DNA of 64,000 nt from a virus (IMGVR_UViG_3300037312_000330:64001-128000), one strand, 5' to 3'. Counted from the stretch's first letter, positions 53,886 through 63,442 are shown. Notes: a model not told the origin generated them from the sequence alone. Numbers and translations: made by a program.

Positions 53886-54314
53886 ATGACCGAAGTGGTC
53901 GAGCCGGTCTTAGTCCCTGACACGACTAAGGAGAAAGATCCCAAGTTCAAGGACTTTCTCAAAATCCTTACCCCAACGCAAGGGAAGCAGGATCCGACAC
54001 CAGAGGAGCCGCCCATGTGGGCAGTGATCCTCTGGAACGACAACAGCACGAACCCATACTTTGTGCTCAAGATCTTGATCGAAGCGTTCAAGATCAGTCG
54101 CGAGCCTGCGTGGAACATCGTGATGTCCACACATCGAGGCACGCGCAACGTGGTGGCTGTCATGTCTAAGGACGAGGCAGAAACGCGTCTCATGAACGCG
54201 GAATCCATGATCCAACAAGCACAACCGGATGTGGATTGGTACACACGACATAGTCCTCATTGTGAACTGAAGTTCACCATCGAGGAAGAAACCAAGGGAG
54301 ACAATCGTGCGTGA
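53886..54314 (+). CDS. clpS: ClpS-like Clp protease adaptor
   Basis: PPMWAVILWNDNST.PYFV..IL...F......A..IVMSTH..G..VVAVMSKDEAE. Confidence 0.85.
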   Translation: MTEVVEPVLVPDTTKEKDPKFKDFLKILTPTQGKQDPTPEEPPMWAVILWNDNSTNPYFVLKILIEAFKISREPAWNIVMSTHRGTRNVVAVMSKDEAETRLMNAESMIQQAQPDVDWYTRHSPHCELKFTIEEETKGDNRA

Positions 54315-54501
54315 CCAAGTCAAGCCGGTACTGCTGGGCGTCCTCGCAGTGTTAATCGTTTTCGCCTTCGCATGGGTCTTGGATCCGACGTCCGCGATGA
54401 TGCACCAACAACACACGATCCGCCGGGGTGGCACGTTTATCGCCTACGTTGGCGTGTTCTGGGTCGTCTTCATCACAAATCAACCAAGGAGCAAGTCATG
54501 A
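54307..54501 (+). CDS. Small membrane protein
   Basis: Two hydrophobic segments. Confidence 0.6.
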   Translation: MRDQVKPVLLGVLAVLIVFAFAWVLDPTSAMMHQQHTIRRGGTFIAYVGVFWVVFITNQPRSKS

Positions 54502-55058
54502 CACTTCCGTTGCCGTTCGCCTTCCAGGATCGCGAGCCGGTCATCCTGAAACTCGGACCTGCGATTGACTTCGCAGCTCTCAAAGCCAAGGAGGATGCCG
54601 AGAAGCAAGCGCAAGCGATCTCCGAAGACACGCAACGTCAATACGATCCGTGGTTCACGTTGCCTCCGTTCGTGAAGAATCAGCGAGTGTGGGTATGGCG
54701 CGTCTGTTCCCACCAGATCCACGGTCGAACCCGTGTTCGGAACGAACAACACGAGTATCCGTACGCAGCTTACGTCGAGGAAGTCGATAGCGAAAGGCAA
54801 ACCTGCAAGTTGGTGCTATCGAATAGCATCATTCCGGATATTCCTTGGGCTGACATCATGAAGGAGAATCCTCATCCCAAAGTGGGCACGCTAAAGACAG
54901 AGTCCGATGAAGGGGATGACGCAGAAGACACCAGCTTCGCTCTCAAGGAGAAGAAAAAGAAGGCAGCGGTCAAGTGCACACCGAAGGTCAGGAAGATGTG
55001 GATCTGTCCTCACTGCGACGGAACGCGAATGACCTGCGTGTGCGACGATGACGATTGA
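54498..55058 (+). CDS. Hypothetical protein with a C-terminal CxxC..CxC motif
   Basis: AAGGAG SD. Confidence 0.7.
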   Translation: MTLPLPFAFQDREPVILKLGPAIDFAALKAKEDAEKQAQAISEDTQRQYDPWFTLPPFVKNQRVWVWRVCSHQIHGRTRVRNEQHEYPYAAYVEEVDSERQTCKLVLSNSIIPDIPWADIMKENPHPKVGTLKTESDEGDDAEDTSFALKEKKKKAAVKCTPKVRKMWICPHCDGTRMTCVCDDDD

Positions 55059-55075
55059 TTTCAACAAGGAGCAAC

Positions 55076-55939
55076 ATGGCTGAAAACGCACTCCAAGTCC
55101 AGATCGCTGCGGCGGAGCAGCGTCTGGCACAAGTACCTGCCATCGCGCAGAAGTACGGAACTGCGATCAAGTGGGGTGTCGGTGGTGCCGCGTGCATCGT
55201 TGCTGCTCCGTTCGTTCTCGCTGGTATCGGCGGCTTGATCGGAGGCACGATTCTCGTCGCAGGCATGTACGTAGTCACACAGGCAGCTCCAGTCTTTGCG
55301 CGTCGCGTGCAGAATACGAAGCAGGAGATGCTGATGGCCGAAGCGAATCTCCACTTGGCAGCTCTTAAAGCTGAAGCACGCAAAAACCCGATAGAGACAC
55401 TGCAGAATGTGTATCGAGAGAAGGAAACGGCCCTCAGTGCGACATCGGACAAGATCCACAAGTTCGCGACCAAGGTCAACAACTACGGCCTCAACCTGAA
55501 GAACTTCAAGCGTGACTTCCCGGAAGACGCGCCGATGTTCGATCAAGAATACGCTGCGTGGCAACAACTTCTCGCGCAACGCAAAGCCAAATGGGAAGAG
55601 GCACGTCTTGGTCTCGAGAAGTTCGCCAAGGAGATCACCCGCGCCAACGCGATCTGGGAGATGACACAGGCAACTGCCGAGCTTCGCCAAGCCGCAGGAG
55701 ATCTCGAAGAAACGTTCCTTCAGCGCATTCGCAAGGAAACCGCCCTGGACGCTGTGCAGCAATCGCTGGCCGCTAGCATGGCCGATCTGGATCAGATGAT
55801 GATGGTCGAGATCCCCATCGGCGCGCGACAGCAAGCTGCTCTGCAGAACAATCCGTCTTTGACGATGGACGTCCAGCCACGCATCGTCAACACTGTCTCC
55901 GTTGAAGCGACTTCGCGTCGCGATGGGTTCAGCAAGTGA
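55076..55939 (+). CDS. Membrane-anchored coiled-coil protein (PspA-like architecture)
   Basis: AAGGAG SD; two N-terminal TM segments then a long helical region. Confidence 0.75.
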   Translation: MAENALQVQIAAAEQRLAQVPAIAQKYGTAIKWGVGGAACIVAAPFVLAGIGGLIGGTILVAGMYVVTQAAPVFARRVQNTKQEMLMAEANLHLAALKAEARKNPIETLQNVYREKETALSATSDKIHKFATKVNNYGLNLKNFKRDFPEDAPMFDQEYAAWQQLLAQRKAKWEEARLGLEKFAKEITRANAIWEMTQATAELRQAAGDLEETFLQRIRKETALDAVQQSLAASMADLDQMMMVEIPIGARQQAALQNNPSLTMDVQPRIVNTVSVEATSRRDGFSK

Positions 55940-56085
55940 AATATCGCATCATCACCACTGTCGTGGCGATCATCCTTCTGGTGATCGTCTTCGCAATCAA
56001 CATCGGTCACAAGGAGAACACGACCACCAACCAAGCACCTGCATCTACGGAGGAGTCCGGTTCCTATCAAGGACTCGGCAAGTAA
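55936..56085 (+). CDS. Small membrane protein (49 aa, below the ORF-track cutoff)
   Basis: Translated by hand: MKYRIITTVVAIILLVIVFAINIGHKE...; GTGA overlap. Confidence 0.55.
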   Translation: MKYRIITTVVAIILLVIVFAINIGHKENTTTNQAPASTEESGSYQGLGK

Positions 56086-56117
56086 GTCTTCACCCTATCA
56101 ACTTCAAACTGAAACAC

Positions 56118-57062
56118 ATGAAACGAATTTTCCACATCGTCGCACTGATCTGCGGTCTCGTTGCCGGTTCGGCATTCGCCCAATCCGAGCAATTCATCGT
56201 CGCAGGTGGCGGCGGTGCCAAGAACGGCAGCGTCTATTCGACTGTCATCGGTGAGTTCGCCACTGTCTGCAATGGGCCGTCCGATCTCAACATCATCGAG
56301 CAGAACACCAAGGGCGGCACCGAGAATCTAGAATTGCTGCGCACGAACAAGGTAAATGGGGCGATCATCCCAACCGACCTGTACCTCGCAGCCAAGATGG
56401 ACAACCCGACCTCTGTCACCAACCTGCGAACGCTGTTCACCCTCCACAACGAGGACACACTGTTCATCGCAAGGGCTGACGCGAAATTCGAGGGCGGCGT
56501 CACCGTGTTCGGTCACAACGTCGGTGGCGACAAGGTCGAATACAATACGGTGGAATCGCTGAAGGGGCGTCCTGTCGGCGCTGTCGGCGGATCGGTGGTC
56601 ACCGCTCGCATCACGAGCGACATGCTCCAACTTGGTCTGAAGATCATGTCGTTCACGGCGACGAAGGACATGCTCACCGCCCTGGAAAACCACCAGATCG
56701 ATGCCGTGGTCATCAGTGCTGGCAAGGATTCGCCTGCCGTGAAGAGCCTCCCTGCGGGCAAGTTCAAGATTCTACCTCTCCGTGCGAACGAGGCGCTCGC
56801 CCGTGTCTACAAACCGACGAAGGCTCAGTACCTGAACCTGAACGAAGGTCGCGCTGTGGACACGTTGACTGCTCGTGCCAATTTCATGGTTCGAACTCTC
56901 CGTTCGTCGCAGGCGCTTAACAAACTCGCGAAGCTCCGCAAGTGCTTCGTCGATAACTTGGCAGCAATCCAGGACAAGAACGGCACCGCAGCAGCTTGGC
57001 AAGATGTCGACGTCAACGATCGCGGCCGTGCCGAATGGTACGATCTTCCTGCCGTCAAGTAA
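56118..57062 (+). CDS. TAXI-family TRAP-type solute-binding protein
   Basis: Signal peptide; TKGGTENLELL, LFTLHNE..FIAR, LKGRPVGAVGGS. Confidence 0.75.
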   Translation: MKRIFHIVALICGLVAGSAFAQSEQFIVAGGGGAKNGSVYSTVIGEFATVCNGPSDLNIIEQNTKGGTENLELLRTNKVNGAIIPTDLYLAAKMDNPTSVTNLRTLFTLHNEDTLFIARADAKFEGGVTVFGHNVGGDKVEYNTVESLKGRPVGAVGGSVVTARITSDMLQLGLKIMSFTATKDMLTALENHQIDAVVISAGKDSPAVKSLPAGKFKILPLRANEALARVYKPTKAQYLNLNEGRAVDTLTARANFMVRTLRSSQALNKLAKLRKCFVDNLAAIQDKNGTAAAWQDVDVNDRGRAEWYDLPAVK

Positions 57063-57069
57063 ACAACCT

Positions 57070-57105
57070 AAGAGGCCCCTACGTTGTAAAGTAGTGGCCT
57101 CTTTT
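57070..57105 (+). terminator. Intrinsic terminator
   Basis: AAGAGGCC...GGCCTCTT-TT. Confidence 0.6.
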
Positions 57106-57113
57106 CATTAACC

Positions 57114-57353
57114 ATGCGACACATACCACTCGTCCTGCGATTCATTTGCTACTTGGCAATCTGTACCTTCATCGCCAAGGCTCTACACGTTACTGTGTGG
57201 AGTTCGCTCTTGCACTTCTTCTTTCTAGTTGGCAGCTTTGCTGCCTATGTAGGAACAGCGTGGATCCACTTGGCTCTGGAGAAGTTGTGGTATGGTGATC
57301 GAAGCATCAGGATACTGAAGGAAGCAGTGAAGGCCGCGGAGCAAGAAGAATGA
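57114..57353 (+). CDS. Small membrane protein
   Basis: Hydrophobic ORF. Confidence 0.6.
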   Translation: MRHIPLVLRFICYLAICTFIAKALHVTVWSSLLHFFFLVGSFAAYVGTAWIHLALEKLWYGDRSIRILKEAVKAAEQEE

Positions 57354-57622
57354 CCAACATCCTCGAACAAATCAAACGCTGGTTGGAGCGTAAACTCAAC
57401 GGACCCACCATCAACGAGACAGTGCAGCGTCTGCGAGAAGAACACACGCGCACAGTTCAACATTCCGTGAACACCATCTACTCTCACGCATTCCAAGAGC
57501 ACATGGCGCGCTCGCAGCTCAAAGCATTGGAAGCGTGGGAAGCCCAACAACCTGAAGAAATCCTGTCGCAAGCGTACAGGCCCGCGATCCTGTCCAGACT
57601 GGAAGGATCCCAAGGGAGCTAA
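57350..57622 (+). CDS. Hypothetical protein
   Basis: ATGA overlap. Confidence 0.65.
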   Translation: MTNILEQIKRWLERKLNGPTINETVQRLREEHTRTVQHSVNTIYSHAFQEHMARSQLKALEAWEAQQPEEILSQAYRPAILSRLEGSQGS

Positions 57623-57623
57623 G

Positions 57624-58163
57624 TTGAAACCCATTCTTGATATTAGTAAAAAGACAAGCTTCACTGTGTGGGAATCGTGTGTCTGGAGAGACACGTTCTC
57701 GTCCAGCGTTATCGTTGGTGACCAGAATTCCGGCAAGATGCAGGTGATCTACGATAGGGATCCTACGCGAAGCGCGACTCATGCTCTTTTCTATGCCAAC
57801 GTAGGCATCATTCTGGCTGGATGCTTCATCAGCAAACCTACGAAGAGTCATAGCAACTGCCTAGTGCGCGTGGAGCTTGTTCGAATCGAGACACTAGCAA
57901 CAAAGCAAGTGCAAGGACACACTGTTCCAGACGCAAAGCTGGCTCCTCTTTTCTTGACTAGCACTCCGAGAAACCTCCCAATGGACGGAGAAGAAATGGA
58001 CGAACGAGAGTTCGATCAAATCCTCAAGTCGTTTGAGGAACTACCCTCCATTCCAAATGCGCGAGAGATGATGGTCCAGGCAATCAGCAAGGCAACCACA
58101 CCACCCAGCAAGCAGAAGATGTTCTGGGGGATTCCAAGGCAGAAGATCGAACAGGACTACTGA
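57624..58163 (+). CDS. Hypothetical protein
   Basis: TTG start after GGAG. Confidence 0.7.
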   Translation: MKPILDISKKTSFTVWESCVWRDTFSSSVIVGDQNSGKMQVIYDRDPTRSATHALFYANVGIILAGCFISKPTKSHSNCLVRVELVRIETLATKQVQGHTVPDAKLAPLFLTSTPRNLPMDGEEMDEREFDQILKSFEELPSIPNAREMMVQAISKATTPPSKQKMFWGIPRQKIEQDY

Positions 58164-58164
58164 C

Positions 58165-58422
58165 ATGGGTAAGGTTCACCACATATCAACCGCAACCTTC
58201 AAAGAACCAAGTTTTCCAGGAATCATTGGATACCGTCCATTACCACTGCCGATGAATCGGGAACAGATCAAGATGCTGCCCTATGACGTCTTGGTGGCGG
58301 AGATCCGTCACTACATGACCATCGTCGAACAGAAACAGGAATGGAAACGCAAACGCAATGAGATGCTCGGCCTGAAAGGAAGGAAGAATGCGAGTCTTCA
58401 ATCTCGAAAGCCTAACAACTGA
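58165..58422 (+). CDS. Hypothetical protein
   Basis: Packed ORF. Confidence 0.6.
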   Translation: MGKVHHISTATFKEPSFPGIIGYRPLPLPMNREQIKMLPYDVLVAEIRHYMTIVEQKQEWKRKRNEMLGLKGRKNASLQSRKPNN

Positions 58423-59350
58423 CATGGAGTTCCACTTCGGAGGTTGGGCCCGTTCTGGTGCCCATTCGGATAAGTGGACAGAGTGGTTCCACCGGACATG
58501 GGTGAGGTGGATGTTGCGTAGCCCTGACAAAGAGAAGTTCTTCTCTCCGATGAACGCCGTCAGAGTGTCGCCCTTCTTCCACTCGGATGACGGCCCCATA
58601 GCTCCCACGCTTTTCGCTGACGCACCATCTGGTAGGTTGGAACTGGAACCGCAGACTGAATGGGACATTAAGGACGCGGAGGCCGGAACGCTCTGGTACT
58701 ATGCACCCACGACGCACAATCTGCAAGTCTATCGCGACGAAGTCGTAGACGTCCGTGACTACATCCTTGGCCTCTTATCTGAGGACGCCAATACCGACAT
58801 CAGCCGTCGTAATTGGACGGACACCGTAAGGGCTTCCAAACACTGGCACGAGGAACAACGCCGTAAACTGGAAGAAGAAATGTGTGTCGCAGCAGAAGCC
58901 GCCAAAGTGCTCGCAGACGCGCAACATCGTGCGGCGGTGCCGGTCGAAGGTATAGATTGGTTCCGCGCACTAGACGAGCCGTTCCAAATAAATGGGCGAA
59001 AGCTGATGCTGGTGCGGCTTGTTAGCGCACGAGCACTCAAGTACGAGTCATATGTTCTGGATCATTGCGTTCACACGTATGGCGAAAGCATTTTCAACGG
59101 AAAGACTATCATCATGTCTGTCCGTGATCTTGAATCCATCGAAACACCTTTAATCACAATCGAGTTCTACTCTGAAGAACTTAAACCTCCCTATCTCATA
59201 CAGATCCGTGGTATCCACAACCACGACGCCAACCAGACCGTCTACGGAATTGAACAGGCCGTTCGACGTTTGGAATTCCCTACTAGATCCATCTGCTCAT
59301 TGGGAAAGTCCGGAGACCTGAGTTTTTATGTGGATCGCAATGCTGGATAA
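58388..59350 (+). CDS. PcfJ-like domain protein
   Basis: LKYESYVLDHCVHTY..GK.IIMSVR..ITIE..LIQIRGIHN. Confidence 0.8.
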   Translation: MRVFNLESLTTDMEFHFGGWARSGAHSDKWTEWFHRTWVRWMLRSPDKEKFFSPMNAVRVSPFFHSDDGPIAPTLFADAPSGRLELEPQTEWDIKDAEAGTLWYYAPTTHNLQVYRDEVVDVRDYILGLLSEDANTDISRRNWTDTVRASKHWHEEQRRKLEEEMCVAAEAAKVLADAQHRAAVPVEGIDWFRALDEPFQINGRKLMLVRLVSARALKYESYVLDHCVHTYGESIFNGKTIIMSVRDLESIETPLITIEFYSEELKPPYLIQIRGIHNHDANQTVYGIEQAVRRLEFPTRSICSLGKSGDLSFYVDRNAG

Positions 59351-59377
59351 TCTGGATATTGTGAGTGAAATCAAAGC

Positions 59378-59385
59378 TGTAAATA
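59378..59385 (+). promoter_or_regulatory. TGTAAATA motif
   Basis: Intergenic, 76 nt upstream of 59461. Confidence 0.6.
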
Positions 59386-59460
59386 AGTGGTGGATGTACC
59401 GCTGGTAATTATTCCGACGGTCACCATCAACTTGTTGCAACAAATTGGAGTTTCACTCAA

Positions 59461-60288
59461 ATGGCAAAATCGAAGAACGAAGAGAAGAAGGTCAAGAAGT
59501 CGAAGGCTGGCAAGCGTGGTCCTGGTCGTCCTCCGAAGGCTGAAGGAAAGCGCGGTCCGGGTCGTCCGCGTAAGGGTGAAGAGAAAGCTGCGAAGCGTGG
59601 CCCCAAGGCTGGTAAGAGCAGTGCTGGTCGTCCGCCCAAGAATCGCAGTCTGACTGCAGAAGGTTATCGCGTCACGGTGTTCGGCAGCGTCCTTCGCGAA
59701 CTGAAGGGCAAGGTCACTGGTCAAAAGAATGGCGTGGTCACCATCGCCCATCCCGTCGGCAAGCACGTAGTCCAAACGGAGGTCATCGAGAGCAATGTTG
59801 GAATGAAGCTGCCGGACGGTCGCATCTTTGTTGGCGGTTCGCAGATCGTTGGTGAGTTCGTGGCACAATCCTACGAAGTTGACGGCAACATCACAACCTT
59901 TGTGACCGAGAAGGGTAACGTGGTGGTAAACACCGCGATGTTCGGAACAGAAATCCTGTCGCTGGTCGAAGCTGAAACTGAAGACGGCGACGATGAAGAA
60001 GAAGCACCGAAGTCGAAGAAGAACAAGAAGACTGCCAAGAAGGGTGGAAAGAAGTCCAAGGACGAGGACGAAGACGACGATGAGGACGGCGACGACGAAG
60101 AAGGGGATCTCGAAGTCCTAGACGAAGATGGCGATGACGACAGCGACGACGAAGACGGCGATGAAGACGGCGATGAAGACGGCGATGAAGATGGCGACGA
60201 CGACGGTGAGGACGACGGCGATGACGATGACGACGGCGATGACGACGACGAATCGTCCGACGATGAAGGCGGTGATTGGAATATCTAA
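59461..60288 (+). CDS. AT-hook protein with a very acidic C-terminal tail
   Basis: KRGPGRPPK, KRGPGRPRK and AGRPPK; D/E-rich tail ending GDWNI. Confidence 0.85.
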   Translation: MAKSKNEEKKVKKSKAGKRGPGRPPKAEGKRGPGRPRKGEEKAAKRGPKAGKSSAGRPPKNRSLTAEGYRVTVFGSVLRELKGKVTGQKNGVVTIAHPVGKHVVQTEVIESNVGMKLPDGRIFVGGSQIVGEFVAQSYEVDGNITTFVTEKGNVVVNTAMFGTEILSLVEAETEDGDDEEEAPKSKKNKKTAKKGGKKSKDEDEDDDEDGDDEEGDLEVLDEDGDDDSDDEDGDEDGDEDGDEDGDDDGEDDGDDDDDGDDDDESSDDEGGDWNI

Positions 60289-60291
60289 CCA

Positions 60292-60951
60292 TTGAACAAG
60301 GAGGGCCGTGTGCCCTCCTTTCAAGGAGCAAGAATGCCAGTGCAAGAGCAGAAGGCCGCTCCGAAGGTGCATCGAGTTTCAAAGCCCGAAGCCGCCAAAA
60401 AAGCGGAGGCAAAGACGCCAGAAGCATCTGAGGACACGGCTCCAGTAGCCACTTCCGTACCACTTGACAAAGTGGTCGCGGAGGAACCGTCCGTAACCGA
60501 GGATAGTTTGGAAGATATCGACCTCGAAGAAGACGAGGAAGATCAATCAACGGTCGACGACGAAGACGATGATTCAGATCTTTCTCTGTTGGAAGATGGG
60601 CAGTCGCCGCCTACTAAGAAGGTAGTGGCTGCATCTGAAGAACCAGAAGAAGCCTTCCTTGAAGTCTACAGTGAGAACTGTCTGTCGTGTAAATCGTTGA
60701 TTCCATTTGCCACCAAGCGACACAAGGGGTGTCACTTTAGTGCTGGGAACAAGAGCTGTCCCGCTGTTGCTACGCAGATCGTGATCCGAGTTCCTCTCGA
60801 GGACATCGTGCCACGCTTCATGGCTGCTGAGAAAGCTCATGACTTCTCTAGACTAGCCCGTCTGAACGCCAAGTTGGCTGAGAAGCCTGATTGGTATCAG
60901 GAGAGAGTGGCACAGGCGCTTAACGAAGCACGGATCAAAAACAAAACCTGA
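60292..60951 (+). CDS. Acidic protein with a Cys cluster (true start probably about 60334)
   Basis: CLSC..C..C; AAGGAG SD near 60323. Confidence 0.75.
   Translation: MNKEGRVPSFQGARMPVQEQKAAPKVHRVSKPEAAKKAEAKTPEASEDTAPVATSVPLDKVVAEEPSVTEDSLEDIDLEEDEEDQSTVDDEDDDSDLSLLEDGQSPPTKKVVAASEEPEEAFLEVYSENCLSCKSLIPFATKRHKGCHFSAGNKSCPAVATQIVIRVPLEDIVPRFMAAEKAHDFSRLARLNAKLAEKPDWYQERVAQALNEARIKNKT
60300..60321 (+). terminator. Intrinsic terminator
   Basis: GGAGGGC-cgtgt-GCCCTCC-TTT. Confidence 0.6.
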
Positions 60952-60975
60952 TTTCTGTTCCATTCGCGGGGCCCA

Positions 60976-61428
60976 GTGCCCCGCACTTGTCTATTGGATA
61001 TGAAACAAAGAACAAGCCTAACCTTGGTCCGCAATGTCGGACTGCTGTATCCTCATAAGGACGCTGACTACGACGTCCTATCCGGGATGGGTATACCGCT
61101 CAACAACCTGAGCTCGGACTTCAGCCCAACTTTGCTCACTTACCTTTCCTCCGCTGCCAAAGTGACGGTTCTCAAGTTCGATCATCTAGAAGCTGAGATG
61201 CTTGAACGGTTCCGCGCCAAGTGGGATCACGATGTGTCCATCACGAACAAGGCAGTCATCCTCGAATACCCCAAGACTGTACGCCACTCTCACTTGGAGA
61301 AGGCGCTAGTCAGCCTCAAGAAGTGGTATCGCAACCACTTCATCACACTCGAAGCCACCGAGAAGCGAGCTGGAAAGAATCGCAAGACTATCCTCGCGAA
61401 GACCCTCACGCCACGGAAGGAACTCTGA
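60976..61428 (+). CDS. Hypothetical protein
   Basis: Packed ORF. Confidence 0.7.
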   Translation: MPRTCLLDMKQRTSLTLVRNVGLLYPHKDADYDVLSGMGIPLNNLSSDFSPTLLTYLSSAAKVTVLKFDHLEAEMLERFRAKWDHDVSITNKAVILEYPKTVRHSHLEKALVSLKKWYRNHFITLEATEKRAGKNRKTILAKTLTPRKEL

Positions 61429-61429
61429 C

Positions 61430-61624
61430 ATGGACAAGTGGTATGTCTTCGGGTGCCTCATGTGTATCTGCTACAATGGCACGAAGCAAGATCGTGAGAC
61501 AGCATATCTGTTAGAAGCTAGATACGCTCCTAACAACACCAAGCAATCTGTGCGAACGGCCTATTGGCAAGGACGCACTGACATGGCTGTGATGATGTCG
61601 CTCCGCAGGAGGAAACATGTCTAA
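61430..61624 (+). CDS. Hypothetical protein
   Basis: AAGGA SD. Confidence 0.55.
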   Translation: MDKWYVFGCLMCICYNGTKQDRETAYLLEARYAPNNTKQSVRTAYWQGRTDMAVMMSLRRRKHV

Positions 61625-62069
61625 GAGAAAGAGTCAACTTATCCTCAACAGGTACGGTTTGCGTTTGCATGCGCGCGAAGATCGTCCGCCGCGAGAAGGT
61701 GATGTCATCACACGCGAGACTGTACTGACGGAGTTTCCGTCCGGCGTTCCTATGGGTCAATTGTTGCGAGCGGGCCAGCGTTGGTATGAAGATAATTGCA
61801 ACTTCTACGATGAGATCAACGTGCGAACTACCGATGGCAAACTTGCCATCGTAGGAGTCGAGCAAGTATATCCTGTGGCGGAGGAAGATCCTGACTACTG
61901 GCGCGGTCTGTTCTACTCGTGGATCGCCTCAGAATGCGGTGAGGAGATCGATACCAGCGAGACCCTGAAAGACTTGAGAACACGCAAGAAGAAGGACTAC
62001 AGCCGGGAAACCGACGAGAGCTTTCAACTTGGCCAAGAACACATGAATCTCTACATCGAGGAGTGGTAG
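61617..62069 (+). CDS. Hypothetical protein
   Basis: AGGAGG SD. Confidence 0.75.
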   Translation: MSKRKSQLILNRYGLRLHAREDRPPREGDVITRETVLTEFPSGVPMGQLLRAGQRWYEDNCNFYDEINVRTTDGKLAIVGVEQVYPVAEEDPDYWRGLFYSWIASECGEEIDTSETLKDLRTRKKKDYSRETDESFQLGQEHMNLYIEEW

Positions 62070-62554
62070 TGGGCAAGCACTTTTCAGAGAAGCAACGCAA
62101 CCTGCCTCCATCACAACGCACGTACTCCAAGCACATGAAGGTGCCGGAAGGCTGTGTGGACGTGTGGCGTATCAACGTGGTGGACACCAGCGGCAATGTC
62201 AGTATCTATGCACAGTATCGGGAACGCGATGTGTGTATGAGAGTTGCTGACTCGGTGTTCCTAACGAGAGTGTTCAAAACCAGAGCAGTAGGTGGCAACT
62301 TGAAAAGGATCTTCAATCCCGGGAACAGTCCACTGTATCACATCTACGTGGAACACAAGGCAGCGATCCAAATCGGTGAGAAGTTTCACATTGTGAACAT
62401 CCCGAGCTTCCGCTTCTCTGTAGTGCCTGAAGAGGCTACTGATCCAGACCCAGATCACAAGCAATGGCTTGCAGAATTCGAAGGTATGCCACTGGCCTCT
62501 GATCATGGCGAAGCAATTCACAACGAAATCAACTACAAGAGAGCTGACGAATGA
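62063..62554 (+). CDS. Hypothetical protein
   Basis: GAGGAG SD. Confidence 0.7.
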   Translation: MVVGKHFSEKQRNLPPSQRTYSKHMKVPEGCVDVWRINVVDTSGNVSIYAQYRERDVCMRVADSVFLTRVFKTRAVGGNLKRIFNPGNSPLYHIYVEHKAAIQIGEKFHIVNIPSFRFSVVPEEATDPDPDHKQWLAEFEGMPLASDHGEAIHNEINYKRADE

Positions 62555-62796
62555 ACCTTATCATGCTGGTGCAAGACGAACACAAGCCCATTCCTGACAA
62601 CATCAAGGTAATCTGGAACTTTGGGCGCGAACACATCCGAAGTAACGATGGACGCTCATACTGTGGTGAGTCCACATACCTGCAAGGTGAGCCGCAGGCA
62701 TTCAAGGAGTGGCTTCGGCCATTCGACGGCTTCTGGGTGTCGAACAACCCGATGGTTGGTGATTGGCACATCGAGCACGTGAGGGAAGAAGCATGA
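62551..62796 (+). CDS. Hypothetical protein
   Basis: ATGA overlap. Confidence 0.65.
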   Translation: MNLIMLVQDEHKPIPDNIKVIWNFGREHIRSNDGRSYCGESTYLQGEPQAFKEWLRPFDGFWVSNNPMVGDWHIEHVREEA

Positions 62797-63128
62797 GCGA
62801 CAATCCCACCGATCACAACACCGGAAGGGGTCTCATGGAAAAGGCCGAGCTACACATGGCTAATGCCTATGATCTCTTCAGTGGACACGGCGTGGAATGT
62901 GCTCTGCGGGGGCCGTCTCCAGTCAACAACATCCTGGAGCTCGAACTAAAGGGCGAAGGAAAAGTCGTTGTCTTGATGTGTTCTCCCTATGGGCAGTACA
63001 CGGTTGCAGAGATCATGCATGGCGATGGACAGATGTTCAACAGGATGCCGGCACTGCACGCGGACATCTTCCAAGCCATTCACACGGCTTCTTTTTACTT
63101 GGGTCTTCAAGAGCACCTTCCAGACTAG
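62793..63128 (+). CDS. Hypothetical protein
   Basis: ATGA overlap. Confidence 0.65.
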   Translation: MSDNPTDHNTGRGLMEKAELHMANAYDLFSGHGVECALRGPSPVNNILELELKGEGKVVVLMCSPYGQYTVAEIMHGDGQMFNRMPALHADIFQAIHTASFYLGLQEHLPD

Positions 63129-63137
63129 GAGACAACA

Positions 63138-63287
63138 ATGTTGGTGTGGAGGAGACTAGTCTGCGCACTGTTCGGCCACTTTGATCCGGTGGAGCTAGGG
63201 CACGACAACATAAGAACACGCTGGCGCAAACAGCAGCACTTGACTCACTGTCGCTCTTGCGACAAAATCTTTTGGAAATCCCAATGA
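63138..63287 (+). CDS. Small Cys/His protein (49 aa)
   Basis: Translated by hand: MLVWRRLVCALFGH...HCRSC; AGGAG SD. Confidence 0.5.
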   Translation: MLVWRRLVCALFGHFDPVELGHDNIRTRWRKQQHLTHCRSCDKIFWKSQ

Positions 63288-63442
63288 ACTTATGGATCAT
63301 AAGTGCCCAGGAAGATTCTGGAGAAGATAGCGCAATGAAAGAGCTTTCCAGATACTGCAAGTGCGTCGTGTGGGAACTGCCGGTGTTTGCACAGCGCCGA
63401 TAAGAAGTTGTTTGTTCAATAAACTGAATCTGAAAGATACCA

